This document shows positions 49,604 to 62,100 of a DNA stretch of 64,000 bases, one piece after another. Source of the DNA: Amphiscolops sp. MND2022 (taxonomy: Eukaryota); assembly GCA_964187785.1 (NCBI GenBank), contig OZ076409.1, positions 22,508,001-22,572,000 of the forward strand, given 5' to 3'. Numbering within the stretch: position 1 is the first letter of the stretch; each line of letters opens with the position of its first letter. Under the pieces are notes generated by a model, which was given only the letters and a program-made list of their open reading frames with translations, did no database searches and was not told where the DNA came from. Made by a program: the position numbers and the translations under genes.

Positions 49604-50383
49604 ATGGAAAGATTTAATAAAGCGAGACAACTCTTTGGTTCTTTGGAATTCAGTTCTGACTCATCGAGAGACTCTGTAATCTACATCAGCAGTGATGAAG
49701 AAACCTCTGACGGATGGGACTCAGACTGGTCTACGGACACAGAAGAGATGGTGAGGAGGATTGAAACTCAAGTCCAAGCTGAGCCAATTCCCATAGCCGG
49801 CAGAAGGATGACGACGGCGAGCGACGAACCTGGTCCTAGCTCTGTGCCTTCAGACGCGCAAACTACACCGAAGCTGGACAAAACCTACTTCGACGAGAAA
49901 CTATGCTATGCTCCGTCTAGAGGCAACACGAAGAGGAGAATAGAATTATGCAAGACGATTCTGCCTGTGTTAGAGTCGCCGCTTTCGCCCCCCTCTCATG
50001 AGAGAGGGCCGTCTATGGATACGCCGGTGATACAACCCGAAAGTAGTGGGTTCCATGCTTCTTTCCACATACAAAATGCGTTGCCTTACACTGATATCAG
50101 CTCCCAAAGGTGCACAAGCTGTATAGTTTGTGGAAAATCTGTGGACGAAATAAAGTCCATAAAGATAAACAGATACATGGAAGCCTCAACTCCAAAGAGC
50201 GAACCCGCTTACATCACAGCTCTCAGAAAAGAAGCCTACATCAATTGTCTTAATGCAGGCAGTCTTCTTTTCATTGCACCCGCTGTGTCGCAGGCTGCCG
50301 CCTGTGACGGCACAAGGATTACAACAACAGCTGTTGGCCAGGATGTGGCCCCAGGAACTCTCCCTACTATTAAAGTAAACTAA
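49604..50383 (+). CDS. Element C 3' accessory ORF (259 aa) ending inside the 3' LTR
   Basis: Intact ATG-TAA ORF; acidic Ser-rich N-terminus (VIYISSDEE..DSDWSTD); CTSCIVCGK cluster; the last ~32 codons are in the LTR. Confidence 0.6.
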   Translation: MERFNKARQLFGSLEFSSDSSRDSVIYISSDEETSDGWDSDWSTDTEEMVRRIETQVQAEPIPIAGRRMTTASDEPGPSSVPSDAQTTPKLDKTYFDEKLCYAPSRGNTKRRIELCKTILPVLESPLSPPSHERGPSMDTPVIQPESSGFHASFHIQNALPYTDISSQRCTSCIVCGKSVDEIKSIKINRYMEASTPKSEPAYITALRKEAYINCLNAGSLLFIAPAVSQAAACDGTRITTTAVGQDVAPGTLPTIKVN

Positions 50384-52016
50384 AACTTTCTCTTAAACTT
50401 TCACGTTGCTCATGTATTTTGTTGCCATATTATTTTAGAAAATAGCCAAAAAAGGCCGTACTGGGACGTATTCCCTTATTACCAAAACTTAGAATTATTG
50501 CACTTGTTGATTATTTATGGTCAACCTTAAATGGTCTTGAATGTTATTTGTATATTAGTCTGTTAACATAGATTGTGTTGTGTTGTTGTATTATCAATGC
50601 AATGTAGTAATAATCAAAGATTATAGCAAGCAACTTAGAGAAAGTACGGAAACGAGTTCAAATGGACTCCTGTACTTTCTTGCCAACGCCACTTGCGCTC
50701 ACCCAATTTGCCAATCAGAGGCCTTCATTTTCGTGTGCTTTATTCTCTTTTGCCAATTACGGCCTTTGTACAAACCGGACGAAAGTGCTATTAATGCCGC
50801 TCAGGCAGTCGGCCTAATCCGGCTATTCAGTCCGCCATAAACAAAGCACTTGTGATTGATGCTAATTTCATGTAATGATATTTAGTTAATAGTTAGCTTT
50901 GTTAATCATGAAGTACCAATCTGAAGTGTTAATTGATGTTTTGTTGTACCATTAACAAATAGTTATCCAATTTGTTCTAAAATAGCTGTTGCATGAAATC
51001 TGATTTTATTGCCTTATCAGGCCTTTTGCCATTGTACCCATGAAAGGTATTTAGACTAAACATGTTTGTTGTGCTGCCACGTGCTAAAGTATGTGCACTT
51101 ACATCAACAAATACCTGTTCAATGAAAAAATTTTGCCAAATATGTAAACGATGCTAACGGTTGAATGATTGTTCCTTTGATGTATAATATTTGGAATGGA
51201 TAGCGTTCATCCCGTGACCATCAAAAATGCAGTCATATGATATTGTCTTAGTCAAAGAATGTAAAGAATGAGAGTGTCACTCTTTCGGGGGTATAAATAA
51301 CTGTGCCTTTGAGAGAGGAGACACTTCTTAATTTGCTCTCTTCTGAAAAAGACTATCATATTAGTACAAACGGTTTCACTGTTATTTTCGAGATATAATC
51401 TAATTCAATTTTATACTCGAAGTTTTCCTTATGCCTACTACAAGAAAACAAAAGAAGGCTAGAAAGTCCAGAGGACTAGAGATCCTTTCTGATATCGAAA
51501 ATCTAGATATGATGTTAGGAGGCGATCGTTATAATGGAACTGAAAGAGAAAGGAGTTCAGACAGTAACTCCGTTAGAAGGAGAGAAAGTGTCATAGGTAA
51601 TAACTTGGACAATGAGGGCGAAAGCCTATTTTCAAATTGCAGAAATGATGAACCTAGGACAAGTGCCGATCTTGGCCAATATTCAGCTGAAGCAAACTCA
51701 CTAGCTGAGATAAACAGGTTGTCTAGCGAATTGAACTCTAGGATATCCCGTGAGATGGATGAAATGATGAGTAATGTTGATACGCTGATCCAAAGGGCCA
51801 TTAATGAGGCTATTAGCAGTCAAGTATTGCCTCAAATACAGAATGTCATAATGGGCGGATCAGGCCGGGAGACCAGAAGGGGATGGGAAGTCCCAGTTGA
51901 GAGATCGGAAGCAAATGCCGAGGAACAGCGAATTCCAAACGCTAAGGCCGACTGTAGAAATGAACAGAATGATGGATACCAATCCGGTGGACCATCTGCC
52001 CGTCACGTTCATGACA
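50286..52016 (+). repeat. Element C 3' LTR
   Basis: Direct repeat of the 5' LTR; accounts for the duplicated ORFs 50580-50840 and 51431-52021. Confidence 0.95.
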
Positions 52017-54023
52017 CTTGATATGCTTTTATTTAATCGGGTACTTCGAACCAATGTACTTCTCATTTTCTGAACGTAAAACACATCACCAATTCATCGC
52101 CATACTAGAGGAAGCAGAGAAAATAGGAAAGTACAACTCAAATTCATCAATAAAAGAGCGATTGTACTGGATTTACCTATATGAGTGTAAACACATCGAT
52201 TATCTCACCGTCAGATCAGATATGTGCTGGAAATAGCAGGTATAGGAGGAAGTCCATCCTACTTTCATCGTGAACCCAACTAGTGCTGAATTTGAATGAA
52301 TATAGTTGGGAATTCATCGTTTTCACATCGTATGCTAATTTGGTGCTAGATTTTAGTAGATACTGACTAGATTTCATCACTTATCCATCCGTGTACTTGA
52401 GATAGTGTCCAATATTGATTGCATTGCTTGGAAAATCATCGTTTTACCATCGTTTAATGCATTTTGCTTTAATTTGACTCAGTTTCAGTGCAATAACTAT
52501 CATTTTCATCTTGTTTCTATCTCCATAGTAACCATTGTTATGTGCAGGCAATTACAGAGCTGTAAAACTTGTGATTCATTGTTAATTAGTAGATTTAGCA
52601 TATGAGATGGCCATCCTGCGGCAATTCGCACCACTGGTAGTCACGTGACTTACCAATTGACACCAGCTGGTATAAGCAATGAGAACGAAGGTTGGTAAGA
52701 ATTGAGTTTTACCAACCAGCCAAAACGCGCGAATTGCTGTAGTTTGGACCGCCATTATTGATTAGTAAGAGAGAGATTGCGACTAGTTACAGTTCAGTTG
52801 ATATTTCTACGTTTAGAACTTCATCTAAAGTACATCCAAAATCATACAAACCAGCTAACCAGTGACTGGTCGCTTTTCTACAGCTTACCTCCAGTATACC
52901 GATGAGTTTGTGATGATTTCCTTGTAATCCTTTTCTGTTTCGCTTGTCTACTTGTAACTGATCAACTTTTGCTGGTTGTTCATCGAAAACCCATCTCTGT
53001 TCAAAATAGTGAATTAGAGATTCTAACAAACTAAAATTGAATCAAAATAATCTTCGAATAGACAATAAAATCCAGTCTCCGCTCAATTTCACCTTTAACC
53101 TTCTTTGTGAGTCTAAACTTCGAAACGGAAAAGTTATAGATTCTTGTTCTGAAGACAACATCTTCACACAATCCGTCATGACTGAGACAAATTTTTGTCG
53201 ATTCTGATTCCAACGATAACTCTGACATTTCTTCCCAGTTAACTGAAATAAAGGAAAATTATGAGAGGAAGATTAACGAATTACAATCAGAATTTAGTCA
53301 ACTGAAGGACCTTATGATGGCTATTATTAGTCGAACGAAAGATGACAACCCAACACGTAGCTCACAAGGTACTTCAAAGCAGCCTAGAAGTTGGCTCGAC
53401 AACACTACAAATACCACTACCCAAACTTTTAAATCAAAGGTTTCGCAGAAAGGAAAACTTATGTCAATTGAAATAAATTACCTCAATTTCCGTTCTTCAA
53501 TTCCTGAGAAAGTTGTATACTTCAAGCACAAAATTGTCTTCTTGGTTGTGCCAAAGAGTCACGAGGGTTGCAAATAAGTATATAAGTATTGCATTCAAAG
53601 AGAACCCTTTCTCTTGATACAAAATTATAAAACCTCACAAGGACGAAAAATATGAAAATATGATTTGTATATTACCGAGCGGTAAACAAGTATTTACAAA
53701 AGGTTTTACTCATTGAACTCTATACAATTTGATATTTTCTGAATGAATTTCAGATATTTTCTTGTATTATTTTCTTCAGGTAACGTGAATTGATTTTTTT
53801 TCAACCCCAAAACGATCGAAGTTGGTTGTGCAACATCTCAGCAAAATCAAATAGGATAATTAATTTGTGACTTAGTGGGCACATCAACTGTGATTAATTA
53901 ATAAAAAGTGAAAATAAATTTCACTTCCTATTTTTTTGAGAATTTTTGTCTGAAGCGAAGATTCAGACTTGATTGATGCTTTTAATTGGTGCCATCTATA
54001 GAAATCTCATATTACTGTTGTAG

Positions 54024-54178
54024 ATAATTTCAAGTCGGTCTCCGCGTTACATGACCAGCGTGGACTGGTGGGCACTTGGGGTGCTGCTCTACGAGATGGT
54101 ATGTGGCAGTACCCCCTTCAGAGCTCCCAAAAACGACGAGAAGACCCGCACAGAAATGATACTCAAGGGACGAGTCAG
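54024..54178 (+). pseudogene. Next exon of the same kinase pseudogene (subdomain IX onward)
   Basis: Acceptor ttgtag|, then IISSRSPRYMTSVDWWALGVLLYEMVCGSTP(frameshift)FRAP..EMILKGRVR, then donor cag|gt at 54179. Confidence 0.8.
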
Positions 54179-55312
54179 GTTGGCAACTCAACTTTTCATA
54201 ACATGCAAACATTGAATCTTGCATTAATTTCAGCTGTTGATGCATTAAATATTCCTCGTTGGCGTTTCGAATCCAGGGATAATGATGTGTCACAATGTCT
54301 GCTAATTATTGCTCAGTCTACAACCCTGTGACCAAGAAAACTGTCAGAATAGCTTCCGAAGTAAATCCAAGGTGTTGTAGAAACTGGACTCAATTTTTCT
54401 AGTTATCCAAGTTGTTCGTCCTCAATTCGTTTCCGATGTCTCACGTTTTCCCTCTCAAGGTATCAACATTAAAGAAGTTTAGTGCATTCTTAGATGTAAA
54501 AGTTAATGTATTTCCTTCTTTGCTCTGTATTATGATCGTCTCTTCACTATTTGTCAATACATTGTACAAAAATTTTAAACCTCAACTCACAATCTGAATT
54601 GTCACAGGTACAAAAAGAAGATTTTTTTGACTTCAAAAAACAAGAAAACTTTCAATCTAATGCATTTCCACGACAAAACGTGATCAAGTCAAGGATGTTT
54701 TGTCCTTTTTGAAGTGACATATTCTTCCTCCATTCTTCGAAAATACAAATAGCTCCAATTTGGATCTGGCATAAACTCTGTTTCAGACATATACAATCTT
54801 TGGTTCCTTCTTCATCTCTTCTTTAACATGTCTTCTTCTTCATTCCCAAACTCTCGAACTTCCCATCCACTCCTCACAGAGATGGTGACTGCCCCCATCA
54901 CCACTACTACTTTCACCACCGGTGCAACCTTTTCCATCTTCGCACACATCTGCGATTCAGTCTCTTCATCATCAACGATGACCGTCTTCACTCCTGTTCC
55001 CACAACCCTCCACAAGAAGCTGGTGCCACCACTACCCCTCTTCGGCACTAAAACACAATTCGTCAGTTGAGATCTCATCTTCATATTCGTAAGCCCCGTC
55101 ATCCGAAGCGCTATCAATTGCCCCCTGCTGAAGCTGGGTTGGTGACAAACAGAACCATCCACACAGCCGTCTACCAACTAACTAAATAAATTTACGCATT
55201 TAAACAATATGAACAATTTTTAGACTCTTTACTTTTAAAACAACTCTATGAACTTAATCAAATTGCTAAAAATAAAACTGATTTTTCTCACCTTTAATTT
55301 CTCGACGCCGCG

Positions 55313-57197
55313 TGTCGCGACCCCAAAGGTGTCACGGAATGCAAACAACAAGAGGAACGCCTGAGGAGAGAAGCAAGGAAATCGACCAGAGTAGGTCAGA
55401 AATGCCATAACAAACCTAAAAGGAAAAACCAACAAACAACCTAATATTATCTAAATAACATGTAAATGTACATTTACTACCATCGTGCTGTACCTGAAAT
55501 ACATTGATATGTAAATAATTATATAATAATAACAAGCGCAGTATTTGCTCAGTCAATCAGCCAGCGCGCTGACCGAAATTAATTCGATCAACACATCGAC
55601 TGGGGACTTGCCTCAGCGGCAGTGGTGATTTTAAATAATTCCGTCCGCATTGACCAATCAGAATCGAGCCCAGTTGATGCTATTAGTGAATTTGAGTCAA
55701 CGTCCCAGGCAGCGTAACAGTGCGACTGAAGCTGGGACGCACGCTCAGTCGCACTGCCTGAATATACTGATGCAACTAATCGATGCTAAGTTTTAAATGA
55801 AATTACACGACTTACCAAGAGTGTGTCCAATGAACACTAATTAATAAAAATTGAGTGTTATTGATGTAATTGATTCACCTCGGGTCTGAGTTGGTCTCCC
55901 AGGCAAAGTGCTAAAATTCGTAAGTAAAACGACAGCTTGGGTTGGCGACCAAAATATTTGAGTAATATATAACATTTGGTTATCTCATTTGCGAAGCTGT
56001 CCTCTTTAGACGTACTGATTGATAATATGATAGTGAAATAAACCCCCAGTGCTATTATTCAACCCCACATGCATCGTTTAGTTCAATTACTGTTGAGTCA
56101 ACCACCTGGTCAACTGGCCAGACGACCCAAAATGAAACGCGTTGCCTGGCGTTCATCCAAGATTTTAATTGTTTGTTTCAGCCTAAAACACCGATTAACG
56201 GCTATAGTTGTCTGATTAAAAGAAAATGAGCGCTGTTAATTTGTAATACCGAAGTATTTTCCAGATTTGTTTATTAGTAAAATTTGGGAACATTCGATGT
56301 AAATTTCACTTTCCTCTCCCGCTTCAGTAGCTAGATTCATGAATTTTCAGTGCCAACTTTGGTTCGGCGTCTTGAATTGGCGGGAAATGAAGAAGGAAGT
56401 AACGCGGAATCAGGACTTTGGCAGGAACTTGATTCCCACTTTTCCTTTAAATTGAGTTGACGCTGAAAGCCGAGTCCCGAGGAAGCGGACCTGATTTGGA
56501 TTTTCCTGCCTCGGATTGACGCCGAGCTGAACGAGGTGTGAATTCACGCGCGGGGTTTTTCCCGCGTGTCTAGCGGAAAGTATATATACCTGAGGCGGGT
56601 TAAGGAGAGGACCAGTTTTAAGTTGAGATTTTACGAACCGTTCACCTGTAATTTTGATAATTCTTTTCATAACGTTGTTTTTCCTAACAATTGTTGCTCT
56701 CTTAAATTGTTTGTCAATATTCACTACATTTGTACCGTCCGAAATTCGGTTACTATTTGTTTAATCAACTGTCCTTGGTTGGGGATAACTTGGAACTATT
56801 AATCTTCAAAAAATACTTAATTCAATTACTCCAAGCCTGAACACTTTCTTGAAAATGCCTGAAAAGACTCAAAAACGGAAATTAAGGAGTGATCAGAGTA
56901 CCATTCAGGAAGAGATTGAGAATTACAATCACCCAGATGACGAAAATGTCAGTCTTTCTGAACAGGATTTCTGAGATATTTCTAGCAAAATTGAAAAACG
57001 TTTGTCAAAACGGTTGAGAGATACTGAGTTCGGACAAAGAGAGATCTTGAAGTTGATCGAGAACCTCGCGTCCAAAGTAGATAGCCTTTCAGACCCAGCC
57101 TCTGAACAGTGTAGTTTCGCCTTGCGTTGCGCATTTGACACCGATCCGGTGAATGACTCAGAAAACGAAAATGCTATTAGGAACGTTGATTCCAACA
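55313..57197 (+). repeat. Element D 5' LTR (~1.9 kb)
   Basis: The first 114 bp match 63887-64000. The end is inferred from CCAACA followed by PBS TGGTGACAGAAG, as in element C. Confidence 0.75.
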
Positions 57198-58620
57198 TGG
57201 TGACAGAAGTTTCCGCGAACCAGCAAGACAACAACCACCAAAGATCATCAAGCCTGCCGCCTCCAAACCAGAGGTATCCTGATGACTTCATAGATAAGCT
57301 TCTACGATCGTTGCAAACGGCAACCACCCACAACACTGGAATTCCTAGGCTACCCAAAGCCATGTCCACCACGATGCCCAAATTCGATGGGAAAACAGAC
57401 AAATTCGAACACTTCGAGGATCTCTTTCAAACGAGCCTGAAAGTGTACCCCAACATCACAGAAAAGGAGAAGATCCACTACTTTCACTCCCTCCTCCGGT
57501 GCGAAGCCCTACAAACATTTAGAAATATGACTGATGCCACCTGTGAACACCTCAATGACATCCTTGCAGGTTTCCGCCGCCAAAATGTTCGACAACAACC
57601 TGTAGCAACGACTCGCTGCAAATTGGAAAACCTATCTTTCAATCCGAGCCAACAAACTTTCCTCGACTTCCTAGATCAGTACCAGAAGTTGGCCCAGGAA
57701 GCGTACGGAGAAGACGCCCCCTAGTTTATAGAAACCTCATTTTACGCTAAGATGTCGCCCCACCTCAAGAGGGACTTAAACCAAGCCCGACCCGAGACGG
57801 AATCCTACGAAACCATGGTACAACACCTCGAGAGGGAAATTGAACTCAACGGTTTGGCAGCGACCGACAGACCACCAATTACAGGGGTGAACAACCTCGA
57901 ACTAAGCCTACAACAACAACAAGAGAAACCTCCCAAATCAACAGGAACATGCTTCGGGTGCGGCAAGCCAGGACATTTGTTACGAAACTGTCGCAAAACC
58001 AACAGGGACAAACGATCCCAGAGAAACCAAAACCCAACTCAAACTACACCATGTGAAACATGCGGAAAAATGAGCCATGAAACCAAAGATTGCTACTCAG
58101 GAGCAAACTGGGCAAACCGCCCAACGTGGTGAAAAACACCCAAAACAACACCTCCAAACAATATCCTGATCCCTCAACAATCACAACCTACCCCAATGCA
58201 ACAGCCGCAAACTGCACCAATGTCCCAACCACCAACTGTAGCGCAATCAACAAACGAATCAAAAAACTTCTAGAGCCACGTCTTCGCTTCGGGGACTACA
58301 TCGACTACAGATATTACACGATATCTGAACCTCCGAAGAACCACGATTCTGAAATGTTTGCAGAGTGTTCCGGTGAACCATCTACCGACTGGCAGCGGAG
58401 AAGGCACATCCCGACGCCTCATAAAGTTTAACAAATCAACCCTAAACATGTAAAAATACTCGGAACGGTACTTAGAAAACCCCCAACAGTATAACTCAAC
58501 TAGACGCCCTCTCCCTCCCAGTTCCACTCCCGACACTTACATTCATGACCCAGACTACGGTTGTAACCCCTACCGCAACCCCAACTTCCCCGCGCAAAAA
58601 CAAATACAACCTTCGTAGCA
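56855..58620 (+). pseudogene. gag: Element D gag with stops, A_AAA_AAC slippery site (58261-58267) and a pol N-terminal remnant
   Basis: MPEKTQKRKLRS starts in the LTR; PKFDGKTDKFEHFEDLF..HYFHSLLR; knuckles CFGCGKPGHLLRNC and CETCGKMSHETKDC; ESKNF*; -1 frame LLEPRLRF.. and later DPDYGCNPY, homologous to element C. Confidence 0.85.
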
Positions 58621-59115
58621 ACCCACCTTCAAATTGGAAAAGAGATTATGCTTATTACGACTCTGTTGTCGTTGGCGCAAATGAATAAACTCTTAATTGG
58701 TGAAATGGTACACTTACTACCTACTTGATGGGTTACCTAAGACTAACTCAACTCCCCACAACTCAACTCCCCACAACTCAACTACAGACTCACAGGAAAA
58801 CTGAATCATGGAGCAAAGAGTATATTGATGACGCCGAATTTTGTTTTTATTTCGCTTTCTTTTTCTCTTTGTCACGCACACATAACAGCCAACGCTCTCA
58901 AAGGAGCCGTTACTATTTTTACTTCTGGAATTCAACTGTATTTTATCTGGCTGAATTTTTAACATCAATATCAACAAACCCAGTGAGATCAAGAATACAA
59001 ATCAAAATACATCAAGTCGTATAATGAAAATCAACTACAAGTTTACAATTCATGCACAACAAAGACAGAGACTATACTAAAGTTTGCAATTAAGTATCGC
59101 CAATGAAGTTTATCA

Positions 59116-62100
59116 TCAAACTCTGGGCCATCGCTCCTGAGACACACGCTTGCGAGACTTTCCAGAAATCGCCTTGCTTGAACTAGGCGAACGAGACGCG
59201 ACTTGCTGACTGCCCTTTTTCTCCTTCAGCCTTTGGGCCACATTACTGGATCCACTAACAGACGCAACAGCTTTTGATGACTGAACAGCAACACTGGAAA
59301 CTGGAGCATCAACAGAAGTCCCCTGGAGGACAGAAGACACAGCCCCAGACCCGGTTTCGACGTCTCCGACAGCAGGCAATCTATTAGTAGGAGAAGTGAC
59401 AGAGAAAACACATAGCCCAGCCCGTCGACGCCAATCGGCAACCTGCTCCATATAATAATCGTTGAAGCTGTCACGAAGGTTCCTGACACGTCCTGCCGAG
59501 TATTCACATGCAGAGAACGCCAGGGAGCAAAGGTAACATCAGACATGAAAACATGCCCGGATGGAAGATTAGCCTTCAACTCGTCGAGGCAATCCTTTGT
59601 CAACAGTTCTCCCGAGACGAAACCGCTGTCAGAGATGTACGATTCCACTGCCCGGATTGAAGACAACAGTACCTTCTCAGGAATCGCAGCTCCACTGAGT
59701 GAAACCTTCACCTCCGGATACCGAACTACCCCTGGCACAACTCCAACTGAAACTATGACGACCACCTTTGACAAATGCAGACGACACTCCAACAATCCAC
59801 TCTGCCACAGAAACGGAAACCGTCCTTGATGGTCGAGATCACTTGCCGGTTGCGTAGTCGCAAGTCAATTAACAACGACTTGAACTCGTTGGAAGCACCT
59901 TCTGCCTCCACAGAAGACAATCGCCCACACGTTTGCAGACAAGATATCAGGTCACGAAACAGAGAAACAGTATACGCCTCTTCCCCCATAGGAAGCATGT
60001 CCGGGGAAAAACAACTGAGGCTGGAAGGCAACTGAGAAATTGCGTAGGCAGACGTATTGAGAACTTTCAGGAATTCCATCAGAAATCCTTGGCATTCTCG
60101 CAGGAAACTCCGCTTGACAGCATCACCGCAACCACCCAATGCTTTGATGACTATCGGCTGACTTCTTAGGCAATCAATGTAGTACACATTAGCCCATGTC
60201 GACAACGGCCGACCAATGTATTCACTCCACTCTTCAATAGCAGGCAACTCGGACAACGTCCTCACCTTCCTCAGAAGGATCCAGTAGAAGAAACAGAACT
60301 CAGCATAATTCCGACACAATCACTTGACCCAAGTCGACAGGAGTCCTTCCACGGGGAGTAGGTGTAAGATTCTGACGTCTTCCCAATGATCTACGAGCTC
60401 CTCCAGTACGGCGCCCAAAGCAGTAAAGGGAATTTCCCGGCGTTGAACACACTGGCGAAACTCCACAAGCGCCCACAACCAGGGCTGATGAACAGCTTTG
60501 TCCAAGCGCAAAAGCAAGAACTCCAGAACTGCGAAAGGATCCAAATAGTGAGCACCGACTATACCTGCTTCCCGAACATGATCCGTGAAGACTGACGACG
60601 AATACTCCAGCAAAGAAAGAGGCACTGACCGACCATGCGACCGACACCACTCACTGAATCTATTGAACAAAGTTGAAGAGCAGCCGAACAAAGCAACAGG
60701 AGACTGCCCCTCAGCCAAGATAGATAAGACCCGCGACAGACAATGGATTTCTGCATCACAAATGCCAGCACTGTAAGGCTCCCACAAGAGGCACACCTCT
60801 CGAACACGTTCGCCAACTTGACATCGAACAATACAATTGTTTCCATTGCCCTCTTCGCGAAATAATGTACTGAATACCAAATCCTTACACCAGGACTGCA
60901 CTCGGCGAAGAATACGAGGATACAGAGTCTGACTGACAATACCAAGAGATTCAGTTTTACTCCACGTGGCCTGTGCATAGGTCGACTCGACTGGGATAGT
61001 AGCACGGAACTGGTTCCAAAGACGTCGGAGGAAGCTATGTGAACCACCACTACGGAGGAGCTCAAATAGCCCCCCACCAATGTTGCAGATGGCACATTCG
61101 AAACAACACCGACCAGAGCATCCACTTCGTCTTCTTTGAAAGGATTCTTCTTCCCCAGTGTGACAGGTGGAGTTTCTTCAATCTCGGCCTGCAATTCTGT
61201 CGAAATGGTTGCCACTTCCACAGCATCAAACCGAGGGGTGTAGAACACATCCTCATGATCCAGTCGATACCGCCGATCTTTCAAATAATGGCTCTTGCGG
61301 CTGAAATGACGCCAAATCTCAGGAGCACCACGACTCAGGAAACTGATGTCCTTCTGACATGTGGCACAATTGAAGCCATTCGGGTTCTTGTCCGACCTCT
61401 GACTCACGAATAGTTGAGGAATAGCATGAACGGCCATTTCTTTGCGCAACACGTGCCGCTCCGTCTGCCTCCTCCTTCTACGCTCATATTTTGCAAACAG
61501 TTTGCATTTCGTCTTTTCCTCATCGTCCAGTTGACCTCCTCGTCCTGGTAACTGAATGCCCTTCGATTTCAGCAACCGCACAACTTCGTCCATTTCTAAA
61601 CCACACAAACACATGACAAACCAAGCCCTACTCAGGCGATTGACGAACACAAACCAAACACATGACCGCCCACCCAAAATCACTAGACAAAAACTAAACT
61701 ACACACAATCCAACCGACCATCAAAAGAAGAGAAAACTGCACTTACGACGTGACAGAAACCTTTTTTCCACCCGCGAATGAGATCGGTCCAGTCGCACAG
61801 CTGCTTGACCATAAGCTAGAATCTGACTTGACGACAGACACAGTGCCCCGGTAGGCATTTCCGCCAGGCCAGCTAAACAACACAGGACAGTGAAAATAAC
61901 TAGCCACAGAAAACCCTACTGTACATGAAGCTCCCAGACACAAGACGACAACAATGCAATCCAATAAGGTGCAACTTTACTTTTAGCCCATTCGTTATGC
62001 AGAAAAGACTTCTCCAATCCTTCAGCAGGGCGACCATGTTGCGTGCGATCATGCTTCAACTTTGAATTACTGGACGTCATACCAGCCAGTTGGAACGGGG

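Larger units (their letters stand above)
35999..52016 (+). mobile_element. Element C: 16-kb Ty3/Gypsy LTR retrotransposon with an antisense cargo gene
   Basis: 1.73-kb LTRs TGTCG..TGACA; 5-bp TSD CTTGA (35994-35998, 52017-52021); PBS directly after the 5' LTR; PR-RT-RH-IN order. Confidence 0.95.
35196..53401 (+). mobile_element. Probable solo LTR (~2.2 kb: 35196-35998 + 52022-53401) of a C/D-like family, split by element C
   Basis: TGTCA...TCGACA termini with a near-TSD ACCCT/ACACT. The CATCG repeat motif continues on both sides of element C. The 3' end encodes a coiled-coil (ISSQLTEIKENYERKINELQSEFSQLKDLMMAII..WLD) ending in the same codon phase (gac a) as the LTR-encoded gag of C. Confidence 0.6.

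Noticed and set aside
54812..55177. Host gene exon
   Set aside because: GC-richer ORF-like stretch on both strands, with no motif or splice structure I can support.
58743..58790. 15-bp AACTCAACTCCCCAC repeat; also short repeats at 1491-1530 and 32535-32612
   Set aside because: Ordinary short tandem duplications with no sign of function.
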